From Scyliorhinus canicula (lineage: Eukaryota): DNA of 64,000 nucleotides. This document shows positions 61,576-64,000 of the stretch, piece by piece (position 1 is the first letter of the stretch; every line of letters starts with the position of its first letter). The notes beneath the pieces were generated by a model, which was not told where the DNA came from, did no database searches, and worked only from the letters and a program-made list of their open reading frames with translations. The position numbers and the translations under genes are program-made. The stretch is taken from positions 96,288,301 to 96,352,300 of the forward strand of contig NC_052153.1 in the NCBI RefSeq assembly GCF_902713615.1, in the 5' to 3' direction.

Positions 61576-62535
61576 GGGCTGGATTCTCCGATTTCCAGAC
61601 TAAATGCTGATCCCAGCATGGGAACAGCGGCGTTTTACACCAGAAAAAACGGCGCAACAGCTGCAACGATTCCAGAACCGTTGAGGACTCGCAGCCGCGC
61701 CAGGCTCCTGGCTCCCGCGTCAAAAAACGGCTGGAGAATGGCCGGGTCCGTAGCGGCGCCGGCGCATGGCGAAGGCCTGCAGCAGCCGCGCCGTGTAACA
61801 TAGCGCCGGCCGCACGTGTATCCGGCCTTCCAAATAATGATTTCATAGAATTTCATAGAATTTACAGTGTAGAAGGAGGCCATTCGGCCCATCGAGTCTG
61901 CACCGGCTCTTGGAAAGAGCACCCTACCCAAGGTCAGCACCTCCACCCTATCCCCATAACCCAGTAATCCCACCCAACACTAACTTCAATTTTGGACACT
62001 AAGGGCAATTTAGCGTGGCCAATCCACCTAACCTGCACATCTTTGAACTGTGGGAGGAAACCGGAGCACCCGGAGGAAACCCACACACAAATGGGGAGGA
62101 TAGTGCAGACTCCGCACAGACAGTGACACAAGCCGGAATCGAACCTGGGACCCTGGAGCTGTGAAGAAATTGTGCTATCCACAATGCTACCGTGCTGCCC
62201 TGTGATCCCCCGTAACTCCCCTCGCCACCCCGGTACCAACCCCCACCAGTCTCCCCAGCCCTCGCCGAAGCCCCCCTGCCCAGTGGCACGGCTCCTCCAC
62301 CCCCCGACTGTGGCTGCGCTAGGCTCAGTCTGCCACGCAGGGTCGACAAAAAAAAAGCACAAGTGTTCCGTGCCGTCGGTAACTCGGCCCATCGGGGATG
62401 GAACATCGGGACAGGGGGCTTCCTATGACGAGCCAACGCCTTTCCAATGCCGTGCGGCGCACAAAGCGATGACGGCATTTGGAGGGGGCCGAGACTCGAA
62501 ATAGGCATCAAGCCAGCGCTGCCCCCGATTCGGCC
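61576..62535. mobile_element. Harbinger-type MITE with a nested SINE
   Basis: Starts GGGCTGGATTCTCC; CpG-rich; similar to the 34399 and 60440 families. Confidence 0.65.
61840..62200 (-). mobile_element. Full-length HE1 V-SINE with CR1-derived tail
   Basis: GGGCAGCACGGTAGC head, V-domain, (TTCTATGAAA)n tail. Confidence 0.9.
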
Positions 62536-62539
62536 GTTG

Positions 62540-62760
62540 GATGACTTGGAGGAGAACTTCCAAGTGGTGGTATTCCCATGTATATGCCCTTCTCTGTCCA
62601 GATGATAGTAGTTATGGAGTTGGAATGTGCTGCCGAAGGAGCCTTGGCAAGTTCCTGCAGTGTATCTTATGATACACACTGCTGCTACTGTTCATCAGTG
62701 GTGGAGGAGCTGAATATTTGTGGAAGGGATACCAATCAAACAGGCTGCTTGGTACTGCAT
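62540..62760 (-). mobile_element. CR1/L2-group fragment (23019 family)
   Basis: Reverse complement similar to 23650-23860. Confidence 0.65.
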
Positions 62761-62871
62761 GGTGTTTTCCATTCTGGAGACTGAGTGCAGTGGAGGGAGT
62801 GAATAATACTGTAATTCCCATTGGGCAGCGGAGTGAATTTTCTTTCCAGATTAAATGCTTTTCAGCTCATG

Positions 62872-64000
62872 AATGATAGAAACATAGAAAATAGAAGCAG
62901 GCGGAGGCTATTCGGCCTTCGAGCCTACTCTGCCATTCATTATGATCATGTCTGATCATCAGGTTCAACACCCTGATCCTGCCTTCCCCCATATCCCTTG
63001 ATCCCTTTAGCCCCAAGAGCTATATTTATTACCTTCTTGAAATTGCACAACATTTTGGCCTCAACTACTTTCTGTGGTAGCAAATTCCACAGATTAACCA
63101 CACTCTGTGGGAGAACATTGCTCCTCACCTCAGTCCTAAAAGGTCTTATCCTCAAATTATGACCCCTAGACCTGGACTCCCCCAAACATCGACAAAATTA
63201 TTTCTGAATCTACCCTGTCTAATCCTGTTAGAATTTTGTAAATTTCTATGAGATCCCCTCTCACTCTTCGAAACTCCAATGAATAAAATTTTACCTGACT
63301 TAGTCTCTCCTCACATGACAGTCCTGCTATCCCAGGAATCAGCCTGGTAAACCTTTGCTGCACTCCCTCCATAGCAGGAACATCCTTCCTCAGATAAGGA
63401 CACCAAAACCGCACATGATACTCCAGGTGTGGCCTCACCAATGCCCTATACAACTGCAGTAAAACATCTCTATTTCTATACTAAAATCCTCTCGCTATGA
63501 AGGCCAACATGTCATTTGCCTTCTTTGTTGCCTGCTCTACCTGCTTGCTTACTTTCTCTGACTGATGTATGAGGACACTGAATATCCACCTCTCTCAATT
63601 TACACCCATTTAAATAATAATCTGCCTTCCTATTTTTGCGACTGAAGTGGATGACCTCACATTCATCCACAATATATTGCATCTGACATGCATGTGCCCA
63701 CTCACTCGGTCTGTCCAAATCCTGTGAAGCATCTCTGCATTCTCCTGACAGCTCACCCTCCCACCCAACTTTGTATCAGTGAATTTGAAGATAAAACATT
63801 TAGTTATCTCATCCAAATCATTAATATATAATGTCAACAGTTAGGGTCCTAGCACAGATCCCTGCGGTATCCCACTAGTCACTGCCTGCCATTCAGAAAA
63901 AGACAGATTTATCCCAACTTTTTGCTCCTGTCTGGTAACCAGCTTTCTATCCATCGCTAGACACTACCCATAATCCCATGTGCTTTAAATATCAATGTTA
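62872..64000 (-). mobile_element. CR1 LINE 3' part, continues beyond window end
   Basis: [22 protein letters not shown]; tail ATAGAAACATAGAAAATAG on the plus strand. Confidence 0.9.

Overview
Vertebrate, almost certainly shark (catshark-like) genomic DNA, inferred from HE1/V-SINEs, CR1/HER1-type LINEs and a DeuSINE-like relic. No host protein-coding gene could be recognised; the window looks intronic or intergenic and is mostly nested transposable elements. It contains CR1 LINEs (one near full length, with an esterase ORF1), L1, Tx1, Rex1/Babar and L2 fragments, Gypsy and Gmr1-like (SCAN-like) LTR elements and solo LTRs, many PIF/Harbinger elements and MITEs (transposase and Myb/SANT genes with splice signals), tRNA-derived SINEs with swapped tails, and Penelope pLTR fragments carrying minimal hammerhead ribozymes. 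Most notable observations: a back-to-back pair of hammerhead ribozymes in a Penelope palindrome; a Penelope insertion that captured an inverted copy of nearby genomic DNA inside its TSD; a solo LTR inserted in a catalytic Asp codon of a Harbinger transposase; intron-containing Harbinger genes; a Gmr1/L1 fusion junction. All family calls come from recognising motifs by eye; no database search was run.
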